Source: a virus (Duplodnaviria > Caudoviricetes). Taken from it: DNA of 64,000 nt. The DNA lies in IMG/VR virus record IMGVR_UViG_3300037067_011569, positions 26,362-90,361 of that record; one strand, given 5' to 3'. Under the pieces are notes generated by a model. It was given only the letters and a program-made list of their open reading frames with translations, was not told where the DNA came from and made no database searches. A program made the translations under genes and the position numbers. Below, piece after piece: positions 1 through 10,059 of this stretch; the stretch's first letter is position 1, and each line of letters starts with the position of its first letter.

Positions 1-157
1 TCCCTGAAGATCCGAATATAGTATCCAATGTTGCTTTTATCACTTCCTTCATCTTCAACTGATCTCTCACTGAGAGAGGATAAATTAAAATGTTCCTCAG
101 ATTTCGGATACCAATTTCAAGTTCCTTAATCTGCGGATTAAGTTTGGGCTCCGGCAT
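1..157 (-). CDS. Partial ORF downstream of tail tube gene, possible tail assembly chaperone
   Basis: AAGGAG SD then ATG at 157 (MPEPKLNPQIKELEIG...), open to the window edge; function inferred only from synteny. Confidence 0.4.
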   Translation of the reverse strand, partial: MPEPKLNPQIKELEIGIRNLRNILIYPLSVRDQLKMKEVIKATLDTIFGSSG

Positions 158-173
158 TGCTATTCTCCTTCAA

Positions 174-752
174 TTACACAAAGATGATATGACCAAGCGG
201 TGCGGAATTCCAAACAGCATTACCACCGGTTACATCAGAGCTTGCAATCTTGCTCTCAAATGTAAGAGTTGGTTTTGCATTGTCTTCTTTTGCAAGGTCA
301 ATTTCCATTACAGACGAAACCTGCGCTCTGGGGAAGATAATATACATGTAGTTAGTACCTGCAGGAAATGTATACTGAGCTTCCATTCTTACATACTCAG
401 GAGCAGCAAGGTTGCCAAGAGTTACTTCACCACTTGTGGCAGTATACGTTTCGGTAGTCGGATCGAAGCCACGAGCAAGTGCCATGGTGTAGGGTTTAAT
501 TTCTTCAAACTGACACTCAAGATGTGCCTTCTCTCTGAGGGGATAAATCTGATCTTCTTTGAGAGGGAAACCTGATTCATGTCGCCAATAGTCAACAGAA
601 GACGAAAACTTTGTGGTAGCAAGAGCACCGATACTGTCAGAAGCAGTAGAGCATACACCAGTTTTCGCTATGTTCGTAGCAGAAGCGACAACACGAACCT
701 GGGCAAGACCTAGTGCAAGTGTTCCAGTATCTTTGATGATAGGACCTGACAT
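174..752 (-). CDS. Putative major tail (tube) protein
   Basis: 192 aa, beta-rich, small-residue-rich; follows the neck/terminator-like genes in the late operon. Confidence 0.6.
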   Translation of the reverse strand: MSGPIIKDTGTLALGLAQVRVVASATNIAKTGVCSTASDSIGALATTKFSSSVDYWRHESGFPLKEDQIYPLREKAHLECQFEEIKPYTMALARGFDPTTETYTATSGEVTLGNLAAPEYVRMEAQYTFPAGTNYMYIIFPRAQVSSVMEIDLAKEDNAKPTLTFESKIASSDVTGGNAVWNSAPLGHIIFV

Positions 753-805
753 AGTTGAAACTCCTTATGTAATGTTTGAATCGTTTCACCGTTGAAGCCG
801 GAGTT

Positions 806-1096
806 TCAGTCAGTCTTTGGTGAGGAGGATGACTGATTTATTTCGAAGATATTAAATTCGTTCCAATGGTCTGGGTGTTCCCTCCTGCATGATCGTCTTA
901 AACATTTAATCCTTAATATGCCTATAGCTTCTAATTCAACTACAGTACCTATACAAGAACCAATGCTGTCACCGAAAATGAACCTCCAAGTACCATTTGA
1001 AGTTCGCTCAATTACAGGTTTATTGCACAAAGTACATTTAAGAAGCTTTCCCATTATACTTTGCTTTCCCATCTCAATCGTACATTCAGAATGCAA
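806..1096 (-). CDS. Small Cys-rich (Zn-ribbon-like) hypothetical protein
   Basis: CTLC...CLRRSC motifs; co-oriented with the operon. Confidence 0.45.
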   Translation of the reverse strand: MHSECTIEMGKQSIMGKLLKCTLCNKPVIERTSNGTWRFIFGDSIGSCIGTVVELEAIGILRIKCLRRSCRREHPDHWNEFNIFEINQSSSSPKTD

Positions 1097-1524
1097 AACT
1101 TGGTTTCATCATCCGTTGTGTCTTCCGCTTCCTCATACACACTCTGAACAATAAAAGCTCCAAGTAGTGTCCACGCTAGTGAAGGATGACTTCTGTAAAA
1201 AGGTATTCGTTTCATCCCATCTGAAGTACTCGTATCGGATAGATACCCTAGCACTGTATCTCTCAATTGTGCAAGTCGAAAACCTTCATTATCCATTTTC
1301 GTACAGCAAAAAACTTTTAAATCCAACCCAGACATATATCCCATGTCTATGTTTCCAATTGTTATCGACACCCACTTGTCAACCTCCCTTCCTTGTATCA
1401 TGGGTGCAGTTAAATACTTATCAAAAGTAACATCAATCTTTTCAGTCTTTTTAAGATTGTCCACAAAGAATTTTTTTATGGAATCTTTTACATTGGCTTT
1501 TCTTGCAGTAGGGTCAAGAGCCAT
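1054..1524 (-). CDS. Putative tail terminator/completion protein
   Basis: 156 aa immediately upstream of the tube region; size and synteny. Confidence 0.4.
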   Translation of the reverse strand: MALDPTARKANVKDSIKKFFVDNLKKTEKIDVTFDKYLTAPMIQGREVDKWVSITIGNIDMGYMSGLDLKVFCCTKMDNEGFRLAQLRDTVLGYLSDTSTSDGMKRIPFYRSHPSLAWTLLGAFIVQSVYEEAEDTTDDETKFCILNVRLRWESKV

Positions 1525-1753
1525 TGTCTATTTCCTTAAGAAACTTTTTGAGTTCTGGGAAGAATTGGTTAACAATCCAGTTAACAGAATCTTTAACATC
1601 CACTCTGTTTTCATCTTGGATCTTTGTTATATCAAACTCAGCAACATTCAGAGCAAGTGCCAACTTCTTAAGGTCTTCAAGTTCATGCTCAATTATAACC
1701 CTAAAACCTGTTGGTTTCACATCTAGTATCTTTAGAGGCAAACTCATGACCAA
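1514..1753 (-). CDS. Hypothetical protein
   Basis: 79 aa ORF overlapping both neighbours, consistent with translational coupling. Confidence 0.5.
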   Translation of the reverse strand: MVMSLPLKILDVKPTGFRVIIEHELEDLKKLALALNVAEFDITKIQDENRVDVKDSVNWIVNQFFPELKKFLKEIDNGS

Positions 1754-2322
1754 TTCCTTTCTATATCACTCATTACTCTATCTGGTATTCCATCATAGTT
1801 TTGTTGTTCAAATTCATCTAGTGTATTTGAAAGAACTGGTCTTGGGAAATGATAGCCACCTTTTCTTGCTCTGTAATCACCACCATATTCAAGAACTGTT
1901 GCTATCATTGCTATTCTTTTTGAGTCACCTTTATCAAGTTTCCCAAACCAAGACTTTCCGCCTGAATCAGTAACACTTCCAGGTATTCCACCAACCCATC
2001 CACCTTTCTCTTGGAAATTATTTATACTTGCAACTAAATCACCTTTTAACTTCCAAAAAGGTTGACTTCCTAATCCTACTTTAGCTTTCCAATCCGAATA
2101 TCTTTGAACATATGGCATAAAAGACCATTTTTTTGAAAGGATATTTGCTATTACTTTAGAGGAATAACTAGAAGATAACATCCTATTAAGTTCACCACCA
2201 TTAGCTTTTAACCACCAATGAGCACTATTTTGTATGCCCCTGACACCTTTAGTCCATCGGGCCAAATCTTCTTTATTCAACTCTACAACTAATCCAATCA
2301 TTGTTTCTTCTCTCTTATCCAC
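1744..2322 (-). CDS. Putative neck/tail-completion protein
   Basis: 192 aa; ends in a RPVLSNTLDEF segment resembling HK97 gp10-like proteins; synteny. Confidence 0.4.
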   Translation of the reverse strand: MDKREETMIGLVVELNKEDLARWTKGVRGIQNSAHWWLKANGGELNRMLSSSYSSKVIANILSKKWSFMPYVQRYSDWKAKVGLGSQPFWKLKGDLVASINNFQEKGGWVGGIPGSVTDSGGKSWFGKLDKGDSKRIAMIATVLEYGGDYRARKGGYHFPRPVLSNTLDEFEQQNYDGIPDRVMSDIERNWS

Positions 2323-2720
2323 CCGTCAAGGGCTTTAACAAATTTCAAACCTTCTACTTCTTTATATGTTTCAATCCCTAAAGGGACTTTATTTGTTCGG
2401 AATATCCTTGTTGCAAGAAATACTGCTTTATCTCCATTCTCTTTTTCTATATCCTTAAAGAACGTAATGGCATCAAAATCAGAAAGAAGATAAACATCTA
2501 ACACATTTGCCATATCCAAATCAAACCATTCATTGCCGAAAAGGAAACCCCACCACTCTGTATCAGGAACGTCACAGGATTGTAATTCATCTCTATGATC
2601 TAGAAAGACTACATGACAGTTAACCTTTTCCAAGGAATCCATAAACCTTGACTTGTCATCAAGTGTTTCTACATCACCCGGGAAGAAATACAAAGTAAGT
2701 AAAGTTTCTTCATCGTTCAT
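2298..2720 (-). CDS. Hypothetical protein
   Basis: 140 aa ORF coupled to neighbours. Confidence 0.5.
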   Translation of the reverse strand: MNDEETLLTLYFFPGDVETLDDKSRFMDSLEKVNCHVVFLDHRDELQSCDVPDTEWWGFLFGNEWFDLDMANVLDVYLLSDFDAITFFKDIEKENGDKAVFLATRIFRTNKVPLGIETYKEVEGLKFVKALDGWIREKKQ

Positions 2721-3112
2721 GCTGCTACCCTATGCTTGAATAGCCATTTTGCAACTGCATCAACACCTTTTTCCCAAGTGCCCCAATCTTTTATTGCTCC
2801 AGTATCATCATTACCTACATTTCCTGGATTATGTGATCTTGATCCTTTCCCTTTTGTTCCAAACATTGAATCGTTCTGCATCAATGCAACCATTACTGAT
2901 ATGCCCCCTGATCCAAGATTGTATTTATTTGCTGCTTCATAAATCATTGCACCAGTTATAGGACTATTTGGTGCTCTAGACGTAATATACTTATCAATTT
3001 GATCAACTACCAAAACATTAATCTTTTTAGCCATTGCAGCAATTCTTACTTCATGATCAGGATCTGTGGCATACTTTGTTATATCAAACCCATAAATAAT
3101 TCCTTTGCTCAT
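2717..3112 (-). CDS. Glucosaminidase/lysozyme-like protein, candidate endolysin
   Basis: IYEAANKYN...VALMQNDSMFGTKG...HNPGNVG...WGTWEKGVDAVAKWL pattern resembles lysozyme-fold glucosaminidases (Asp at the usual catalytic Glu position). Confidence 0.5.
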   Translation of the reverse strand: MSKGIIYGFDITKYATDPDHEVRIAAMAKKINVLVVDQIDKYITSRAPNSPITGAMIYEAANKYNLGSGGISVMVALMQNDSMFGTKGKGSRSHNPGNVGNDDTGAIKDWGTWEKGVDAVAKWLFKHRVAA

Positions 3113-4347
3113 TTCAGTTTCTCCTTGTCTTTGTACAAGTCTTCTATCATATCTCTATACTGCACAAGTTTTTCTGAGGAGAGTTCATCAGTGCTTACTG
3201 CACACTTGTATTGACCAGGTGTTCCTTTAAACCATGTAACATTATCATTGTATTCAAAATGAAGACCAAATCTTTCTGGATTATCAAAAATAGGTGAACC
3301 TGGTAACGGTTGGAGAATGGAAACATCAATATCATCAGGCTTTGCATCTTCTACCCACTTGCAGGTTTCAGTTATTGTTTCTTTTGTTTCTCCTGGAAGA
3401 CCCACAATCAAAAACGCCTTTGCTCTAATGCCTGATTCATGCAAAAGTTTCACTGCTCTGGTATTAGCTGATCTAGTAGTTCCTTTAAGATTTGTTGCAA
3501 GAACTTTGTCAGAACCACTTTCTACACCAAGACCAACTTCAACAACTCCCATTGCTTTCAGCAGTTCACATGTTTCTTTATCAAGTAAATTTGTTCTGGA
3601 GAAGCATCGGAATTTAAGACCTTCATCTTTTACTACCTTATTAAGCAAAAAAGCCATCTGTTGCAGACGCTTCTTATCAGTCGTAAATACATCATCAAAG
3701 AACATAAAACCTTTAAATCCAAATTCTTCTTTAACATGAAGTATTTCTCTTACGGTACGAAAAGCATTCTGAATCCTGCACTTCCTAGTAAGTTTGGCGC
3801 AAAAACTACAGGCGAAAGGACATCCGCGGGAACTCATCAAAACAGTAGTTGGCTCATCATCAACAAAATATTGATACTTAACAACAGGCAGTGCAGTTCT
3901 ATCTGGAACAGGAATTTCTGTGTTGACATCAAGATATCTTTCATACTGTAAAATATCTTCCCCTTTATCTAAGTCACCAGAAACTATCCTACTTAGTCCT
4001 ATTTCCCCTTCACCCCTTACTACATAATCAAAGCCTGCCTCTATGCACTCTAATGGCATATGTGTAGCATGTGGTCCACCAGCAATAAGTGTGTGTCCTT
4101 TTTCTTTCAATTCTTTTGCTATCTGGTATGCTTCAAATCTTTGTGGTGTAGTGATAGATACACCTACAAGTTTTGAAGTGACTTCTTCTGGCTTAAACAC
4201 ACCATCAAGACCTACATCAATGCATTTCACATCTGCTTTATTATGCTTTTTCAAATAAGCAGAAAGATACAATATCCCCAAAGGAGGAAAAGCTGACTGG
4301 TTCAACAAAAAGTTACTTGGTGGGAATATAAGAGTAATATCACTCAT
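3109..4347 (-). CDS. B12-binding radical SAM protein (class B methyltransferase-like)
   Basis: N-terminal PPLGILYLSAYL and GGPHAT cobalamin domain; SRGCPFACSFC CxxxCxxC; FFDDVF, GVESGS, IVGLPGET. Confidence 0.92.
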   Translation of the reverse strand: MSDITLIFPPSNFLLNQSAFPPLGILYLSAYLKKHNKADVKCIDVGLDGVFKPEEVTSKLVGVSITTPQRFEAYQIAKELKEKGHTLIAGGPHATHMPLECIEAGFDYVVRGEGEIGLSRIVSGDLDKGEDILQYERYLDVNTEIPVPDRTALPVVKYQYFVDDEPTTVLMSSRGCPFACSFCAKLTRKCRIQNAFRTVREILHVKEEFGFKGFMFFDDVFTTDKKRLQQMAFLLNKVVKDEGLKFRCFSRTNLLDKETCELLKAMGVVEVGLGVESGSDKVLATNLKGTTRSANTRAVKLLHESGIRAKAFLIVGLPGETKETITETCKWVEDAKPDDIDVSILQPLPGSPIFDNPERFGLHFEYNDNVTWFKGTPGQYKCAVSTDELSSEKLVQYRDMIEDLYKDKEKLK

Positions 4348-5093
4348 AGTCCTTTTTTCAACTCCTCTCTATAAAGATCACAAGCATTTTGTGGATTCAC
4401 ATCATCCATCAAAAAGTCATCTGTGATTATCTGACAAGGAATATTTTCTTTATACCAGAAACTAAGATCACCTGGTCTTTCCTCCCCTGTCAATGCCAAC
4501 ATAGGAAGAACCCAATCATCAAGTCCTTTCAAATATTCAAGAAAACCATACTTAGGCCAAAACATCAAAGTAGGATCAGCAAAATCATTTCGTAAACTCA
4601 ATATCCATTTATGGCAATGTGCTCCTCTCCAAAATCCTGTAACACCACAACGATCTAACCCTTCTTCACTGAATTGACTTCCACGTTCAAGTTCTATGTA
4701 CTTACTAGGCACACTAACAAAACCCTGTTTAGCAACTGATGTTAAAAAACGAATACCAAAACTAGGTTCAGGAACATGCTCAAGAACATGACAACATATA
4801 ACAAAATCAAACAACCCATGCTTCATCACATCGTCTTTGACAGCATCCCATGTAAAAGGATTTCCAATATCTGCTTGAAAGTATCCCGCTCTTTTAAAAT
4901 CTTCGTCATATACATGTGGATCATTTATTGCTACATAGTCTTTTTCAAGTAGATCAACATAATGAGTAACATACTTCCTTGCCCAGGGATGAAGTATTCC
5001 CCCCACATCAAGAACTCTTGGGTATTGTGATTTTTCCAAGTGTGCCAGAACTTCAGCCTTTTGATTGTGCCTGTTCTTGAAATTGTATATCAT
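4344..5093 (-). CDS. Class I SAM-dependent methyltransferase (paralog A)
   Basis: VLDVGG motif I; FDFVICCHVLEHV motif. Confidence 0.8.
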   Translation of the reverse strand: MIYNFKNRHNQKAEVLAHLEKSQYPRVLDVGGILHPWARKYVTHYVDLLEKDYVAINDPHVYDEDFKRAGYFQADIGNPFTWDAVKDDVMKHGLFDFVICCHVLEHVPEPSFGIRFLTSVAKQGFVSVPSKYIELERGSQFSEEGLDRCGVTGFWRGAHCHKWILSLRNDFADPTLMFWPKYGFLEYLKGLDDWVLPMLALTGEERPGDLSFWYKENIPCQIITDDFLMDDVNPQNACDLYREELKKGL

Positions 5094-5102
5094 TAAAATC
5101 TC

Positions 5103-6194
5103 CTAGAAAGGAATGTCTATCTTCCCGATACGAACACCTTCATACACAATCTTATTAAAAAACCATTCGTATCTTTCACCCATTAGCTTTGCAGTAAATT
5201 TTTTCATAAACTGTTCCCTGCAAGCCTCTCTACTAATCTGTCCTATCTGTTTCATCAGAGGCCAACCTTTTTCAAGAATCTCCTCTACATCATTTGAATC
5301 TTTATAATTCAAAAGGAATCCATGAATCCCATCCTCAATGATTTGATCTGTCTTTATTGCACAATCTTGATCAATTCTATTAAAACCAATAATAGGAACA
5401 CCCATTGCCAATGCTTCAATATTGGTTATGCCAAAATGCTCTTTCCATGTATTATCATTAGCACTTATAAACACCTTAGCCCTTGACATAATCTTATATT
5501 TCTGTTCATCGTTCACACCTCTCACCCAGAAAACTGTTTTGTTGTCTATGTAAGGTGCTACTTGTTGCCAGAAACAACCTGTATTATAAGGAGGTCCCAT
5601 TACTACCATTTTAAGACCTGCAGACAGAGCAAGTTTGATAGCAAGATGTGGAGCTTTTCCTCCTTCTATCTTACCAAGCCAAACTGCATAATTATCATGC
5701 TCAGAAGAGAACTTGTACAAATCTTCTGGTATTCCATAATGTATTAATGTAGAAGGAACACCAGATTGAAAGAAATCCTGCTGTAAAACTTTAGAACAGG
5801 ATATTATATTGAACGAAGGATTGATATTTTGAAAAGTTCCGTGGCTCCATCTACACCAAGGAAATTCAACATAACCAGGAAATGCAAACTGACACTCAGG
5901 ATTCCATCCGTCGCCAAAATATCCGCAAAAATAAACATCAAAATTCAGGTTTGGATGTTCACCAAGATATTTCTTTACTGCCTCGTAATGAACATCTACT
6001 TTGCTATCAAGTGCAGCAGTAGGAACATAATCCTTAATTGGAACATTAGTAAAATCGGAACCTTCTCTTGCAAAAACATATACTTCATGACCCATTTTTG
6101 CAAGTTGTTCAATAAGATAAAAAATCATTCTTTCACCACTATATGCCAAGTGGCGACCCATCGGAAATACGTTGCCTGTCATTGCAATTTTCAT
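5103..6194 (-). CDS. Glycosyltransferase, GT-B fold (GT4-like)
   Basis: GERMIFYLIEQLAKMGHEVYVF; LGKIEGGKAPHL; EHFGITNIEALAMGVPII (ExFG...EA motif). Confidence 0.9.
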   Translation of the reverse strand: MKIAMTGNVFPMGRHLAYSGERMIFYLIEQLAKMGHEVYVFAREGSDFTNVPIKDYVPTAALDSKVDVHYEAVKKYLGEHPNLNFDVYFCGYFGDGWNPECQFAFPGYVEFPWCRWSHGTFQNINPSFNIISCSKVLQQDFFQSGVPSTLIHYGIPEDLYKFSSEHDNYAVWLGKIEGGKAPHLAIKLALSAGLKMVVMGPPYNTGCFWQQVAPYIDNKTVFWVRGVNDEQKYKIMSRAKVFISANDNTWKEHFGITNIEALAMGVPIIGFNRIDQDCAIKTDQIIEDGIHGFLLNYKDSNDVEEILEKGWPLMKQIGQISREACREQFMKKFTAKLMGERYEWFFNKIVYEGVRIGKIDIPF

Positions 6195-6586
6195 TATAGA
6201 TCCATACCTTTCAATTGAGAAACCAATTGATTAAAATCTTGATCCAGCATCTTTTCACTAAAAGTCACCCTGATAGAATCTTCTGGATCATCATGTGTAG
6301 ACACTTCAATAAACATTGAATCTTCAATACCTGTAAATCTGTGACATTCTCCTTGTTCTATGGTTATGGACATGCCCGGCCACATAACAATCAAAGCTTC
6401 TGGTCTATGCCTACTGGCTATCTCAAGGAACACTAAACCATATTCCAGTATAAAAGTTTCTTTCTTCACTTCATGGTAATGGATGCTGCACCTGTATTGT
6501 TTAGTTAAATGGAGTTTCTTACAACAGTATTCTGGTTCATTTACCAATATTTCTTCTTTTCCCCAAACTTTCTTCACAATAACCAT
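6194..6586 (-). CDS. Cupin-fold sugar isomerase-like protein
   Basis: Start reassigned to ATG 6586; KKVWGKE...SIHYHEVKKETF...HRFTG...EVST cupin motifs. Confidence 0.75.
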   Translation of the reverse strand: MVIVKKVWGKEEILVNEPEYCCKKLHLTKQYRCSIHYHEVKKETFILEYGLVFLEIASRHRPEALIVMWPGMSITIEQGECHRFTGIEDSMFIEVSTHDDPEDSIRVTFSEKMLDQDFNQLVSQLKGMDL

Positions 6587-6587
6587 G

Positions 6588-7433
6588 TCATACTCCACTA
6601 ACATCACAAGGGTATGAAATGCCACCACATTGTCTAACATATGCAAGTACATCATCATATGGCAATTTATTGAGATATGCAAAAAGTCCAGATTTATAAC
6701 AACACCAACTAAAAATCATGTAACTCTTGTATTGCATAGGGGGATAAAAGACCTTATCAGGTCCAGCTATTATGCCAAGTATATGTTCAAGCCAAGGGCA
6801 TCTTCTGTACTTTTCCCCATACTTTCCATAAAGATAATCATCACTCATCAAACATTTCAGTATTTCTGGAAAGTCGAACGCCTCTTGTTTACATATAAAG
6901 AAACGTGTACTAGCCCATCTGTAATCCCATTTACTATCTTCATCAGGAGATGGTGTCCAATATGAAGGATAACTAATATAATCGTACTTACCACTATCAA
7001 GAAAGTGCAACCAATAAGCGATAGTGCTATTAGGATCTTTTCCAAAAATTGCCATATCCCCGTCAAAATGAACAACATATTTTCCCTTTGCCAATGATAA
7101 TGCATTAATATAGTTAAGATCATTGTATTTTGGAAAATACTCACCTCGAAATTGCTCACTATGTGGACTAATAACAAGTTTCATATTCTTAGGACAAGAC
7201 TCAACTATCCTATTCCAATCACTAAAACCTTCATGAACATCAATATATTGTATCAACTCAATACTTGGATAGTCCTTAAAAAAGTTGTATTTGTTCCAAA
7301 TACTTTCAACTAAAAAGTCTAAATTTCTTGTGCCATCAAACTGCTTGCCTTGAACAGAAATAGATTTATCAAAACCAGGTCTTGTGTCAGTATTTATAAC
7401 AATGCTGATCATAAACCTTTCTCCAATTATCAT
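6588..7433 (-). CDS. Glycosyltransferase, GT-A fold (GT2-like)
   Basis: ALSLAKGKYVVHFDGDM with DxD motif. Confidence 0.65.
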   Translation of the reverse strand: MIIGERFMISIVINTDTRPGFDKSISVQGKQFDGTRNLDFLVESIWNKYNFFKDYPSIELIQYIDVHEGFSDWNRIVESCPKNMKLVISPHSEQFRGEYFPKYNDLNYINALSLAKGKYVVHFDGDMAIFGKDPNSTIAYWLHFLDSGKYDYISYPSYWTPSPDEDSKWDYRWASTRFFICKQEAFDFPEILKCLMSDDYLYGKYGEKYRRCPWLEHILGIIAGPDKVFYPPMQYKSYMIFSWCCYKSGLFAYLNKLPYDDVLAYVRQCGGISYPCDVSGV

Positions 7434-8117
7434 CTACTGTCCTTTAATTATTTCAGTTCTCCAATGTTTCATGTATTCCCAACCATTTGGGCCCATAAAA
7501 TCATCATTGAAGATTTCAAAAGGTATATCATCTTCCCACCAAAAAGAAAGTTCATGGAAATGATTATCTTTGTTTTCTCTTGTAGCCCATTCAAGGTCAT
7601 TAATGTATTCCACAAATCCAAGTTTTGGAAACAATCGAAGTCTGCCTTCATAGATAGTTAAAATCCATCTATGATGAAAATAGCCACGATACTTACCCCC
7701 ACTTATTCCCCAATCTGCTTGATCTTCAGGAGTTCCGCATTCTATTCCTCTACAAAGTTCCGCGTGTTTACTTGGAAACGCAATAAAACCTTTCTCCGAT
7801 ATTTTAGGCAACATTTCCAATACAAGACTAGGATTTGCTATGTCTTCAAGAACGTGTGTACATATAGAGAAATCAAACTTTCCATTTGATTCCACCATAG
7901 CAATAATGTACTCCCATTCTGTTTCTTTTGATATATCAGCACGCAAAAATCTACCGTCATAATCAGGTTTATTTATGTCAATACAATGAGTAACATAAGG
8001 TGATGCCCAAATATTCATTCCACCACCCACATCAACCACATTAATTTCTTGATTATTTTTTAAATAATCAAGCACAGCAGGGTGTCCATCTGACTTATCT
8101 TTTACATCATAAATCAT
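7434..8117 (-). CDS. Class I SAM-dependent methyltransferase (paralog B)
   Basis: VVDVGGG; FDFSICTHVLEDI; collinear similarity to 4344-5093. Confidence 0.8.
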   Translation of the reverse strand: MIYDVKDKSDGHPAVLDYLKNNQEINVVDVGGGMNIWASPYVTHCIDINKPDYDGRFLRADISKETEWEYIIAMVESNGKFDFSICTHVLEDIANPSLVLEMLPKISEKGFIAFPSKHAELCRGIECGTPEDQADWGISGGKYRGYFHHRWILTIYEGRLRLFPKLGFVEYINDLEWATRENKDNHFHELSFWWEDDIPFEIFNDDFMGPNGWEYMKHWRTEIIKGQ

Positions 8118-8431
8118 GCCACACCCCTGACTCTTTTCATTATACTATCTTGCAACTCACTGAGAGAGTAGAATCCTTCTTCAGGAGTGTAGGTGTGAAC
8201 AAGATAAAAAGGCTCTCCTGTATAAGGATGAAATCTAACATCATCAGGGAACTCATAACAAATGCCAGAAACCCATATTGCTGAAATTGGCATTTGAAAC
8301 AATTGCATCTTATATTTTGCATCCATATCAGAGATGTTTTCGATTGAATCCATTCTGTCTGCATAGCAGAAATTTGGTTTCTCTTCTGCCTTGACAGCAC
8401 GGCCGCACGATTTACAAACGTATATTGTCAT
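8114..8431 (-). CDS. Hypothetical protein with N-terminal CxxC
   Basis: YVCKSCG...PNFC; coupled to neighbours. Confidence 0.5.
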   Translation of the reverse strand: MTIYVCKSCGRAVKAEEKPNFCYADRMDSIENISDMDAKYKMQLFQMPISAIWVSGICYEFPDDVRFHPYTGEPFYLVHTYTPEEGFYSLSELQDSIMKRVRGVA

Positions 8432-9138
8432 TTTACCCTCTTAATGCAACCTAAGAAGTTTGGGTTAGCCATGTCTTTAAAGTGCCATGTGTTATTATCT
8501 TTTTCAAGATCATACTTGTTGACAAAGTTTATTGCTTTTTGCCAGTCTATATCAACATACTCATACAAACCTGTTCCTACCATGTAATCTGCCGTCATTC
8601 CAGGTGCAACATAGTTTCCCATGAAATCATGAAAAAAGATAAGACCGCCGACCATTACTTTCTCTAATAGCATCCTTGTTTCCTGATGCAATAGATCAAG
8701 TTGATGGTCATCCGAATCAATAAACACATAACTATAATTTCTTGATTCTTTTAGGTATGTTAAAGAAGTAACACCGTACAAAACATGTTCAAGTTTGGAT
8801 ACTTTCTTCAGCTTTCGAAGTAAGTCCTTCTTAAAGTTCTTTTCTTTGCAATATCCCCATGGAAGATTGTCAACTGTCTTCTGAAATGTGTTCTTCCATT
8901 CCTCTTCATTTGTGAGATCATAAACAGGATCAACAAGATGGAAAGTATCAGTTCGAAATATAGCAGAAAGTGCAGCAGACCCGACAAAAGAAGACTTGCC
9001 AGCATTAGAGCCTAAATCAACAGCAACTCCCATGGGACATTGCAAATTATTCACCACAGTATCAAATAGACCAAATAATTCAGTCATCGACACTGCTCCA
9101 GGTGTTTTGCGTACAAGTTCAAGTAGATTATAATCCAT
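8428..9138 (-). CDS. Class I SAM-dependent methyltransferase (Methyltransf_24-like)
   Basis: VDLGSNAGKSS; YVFIDSDDH; GGLIFFHD. Confidence 0.8.
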   Translation of the reverse strand: MDYNLLELVRKTPGAVSMTELFGLFDTVVNNLQCPMGVAVDLGSNAGKSSFVGSAALSAIFRTDTFHLVDPVYDLTNEEEWKNTFQKTVDNLPWGYCKEKNFKKDLLRKLKKVSKLEHVLYGVTSLTYLKESRNYSYVFIDSDDHQLDLLHQETRMLLEKVMVGGLIFFHDFMGNYVAPGMTADYMVGTGLYEYVDIDWQKAINFVNKYDLEKDNNTWHFKDMANPNFLGCIKRVK

Positions 9139-9522
9139 TTACTTATCCCCACCATGATCAACAAGCTTATTCCTATCTATTGCTTCACTTTTCACTTCAG
9201 CCTCTTTAACTTCTTCAACAATCATTGAAGCTGGTGATCCAGCTTCAATATCTACAACAGGTGCAGAAGGCACACCTGCAACTACTTCTTGTGGTGTTTG
9301 GGGACGCATACCAACATGGGGAGAAATTAACCTAAAAACAAGAACAACAACAGTAACAAACCCAGCTTGTTCTTCTGCGCTTATATCTAATCCCCAGTAT
9401 TTTGCCGCAATAGTTGCAAAAAAAGAAACCAATGCAGCTATTAGGGTCTTATCTTCCCAAGGTTTTCGTCCTGCACTTTCACCAACCTTATAGACATAAA
9501 AAGCTTTCAGGAAGTTTAACAT
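9139..9522 (-). CDS. Holin-like membrane protein
   Basis: Two short hydrophobic segments (KTLIAALVSFFATIA; GFVTVVVLVFRLIS) and a charged tail. Confidence 0.5.
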   Translation of the reverse strand: MLNFLKAFYVYKVGESAGRKPWEDKTLIAALVSFFATIAAKYWGLDISAEEQAGFVTVVVLVFRLISPHVGMRPQTPQEVVAGVPSAPVVDIEAGSPASMIVEEVKEAEVKSEAIDRNKLVDHGGDK

Positions 9523-9546
9523 ATTACCTCCTATTCTTAAAAAGTA

Positions 9547-9993
9547 TTACTTCCCCCAATTTATTATGACACTAAGCAATGCTATCAATAAAGCCACCAC
9601 ACTTATTATAGCAGTTATTAGAAATTGCCCTTGTGAAGCTTTACCTCTAGCCTGCATCATATCATCTCTTACTTCGCTTAACGATTTCTCCATTGCTTCA
9701 TGTGAAGCCCTGTACTCTGTTCTAGGCAGGAACATTCTGGCTTGATCTGTCATGGCTCCCCTTATCTCATTCAATGCATCTAATCTCTTTTCCATGCTCT
9801 CTCGGGCGTTAGTCGTCTGACTTTCAATGTCAGCAACTTTCGAATTGAGTAGTTCTTTTACACCATCAATAAGAGACTCGAAGTACACCCGGCATGACAC
9901 ATCATCCTTATCACATTTATCATTTTGCATCAGTATGCCTATAACAAATATTTTACTACCATCTCCAAGTCCACCAGAATAACAAATTATCAT
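9547..9993 (-). CDS. Coiled-coil protein with C-terminal TM helix
   Basis: Heptad-like middle and FLITAIISVVALLIALLSVII; true start may be downstream. Confidence 0.5.
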   Translation of the reverse strand: MIICYSGGLGDGSKIFVIGILMQNDKCDKDDVSCRVYFESLIDGVKELLNSKVADIESQTTNARESMEKRLDALNEIRGAMTDQARMFLPRTEYRASHEAMEKSLSEVRDDMMQARGKASQGQFLITAIISVVALLIALLSVIINWGK

Positions 9994-10059
9994 AATCTAG
10001 AACTTCACCCTCAATGAAAAAAGGTGAAGTCTCATCAGTCCTGTCCCCGGCACTAAAAA

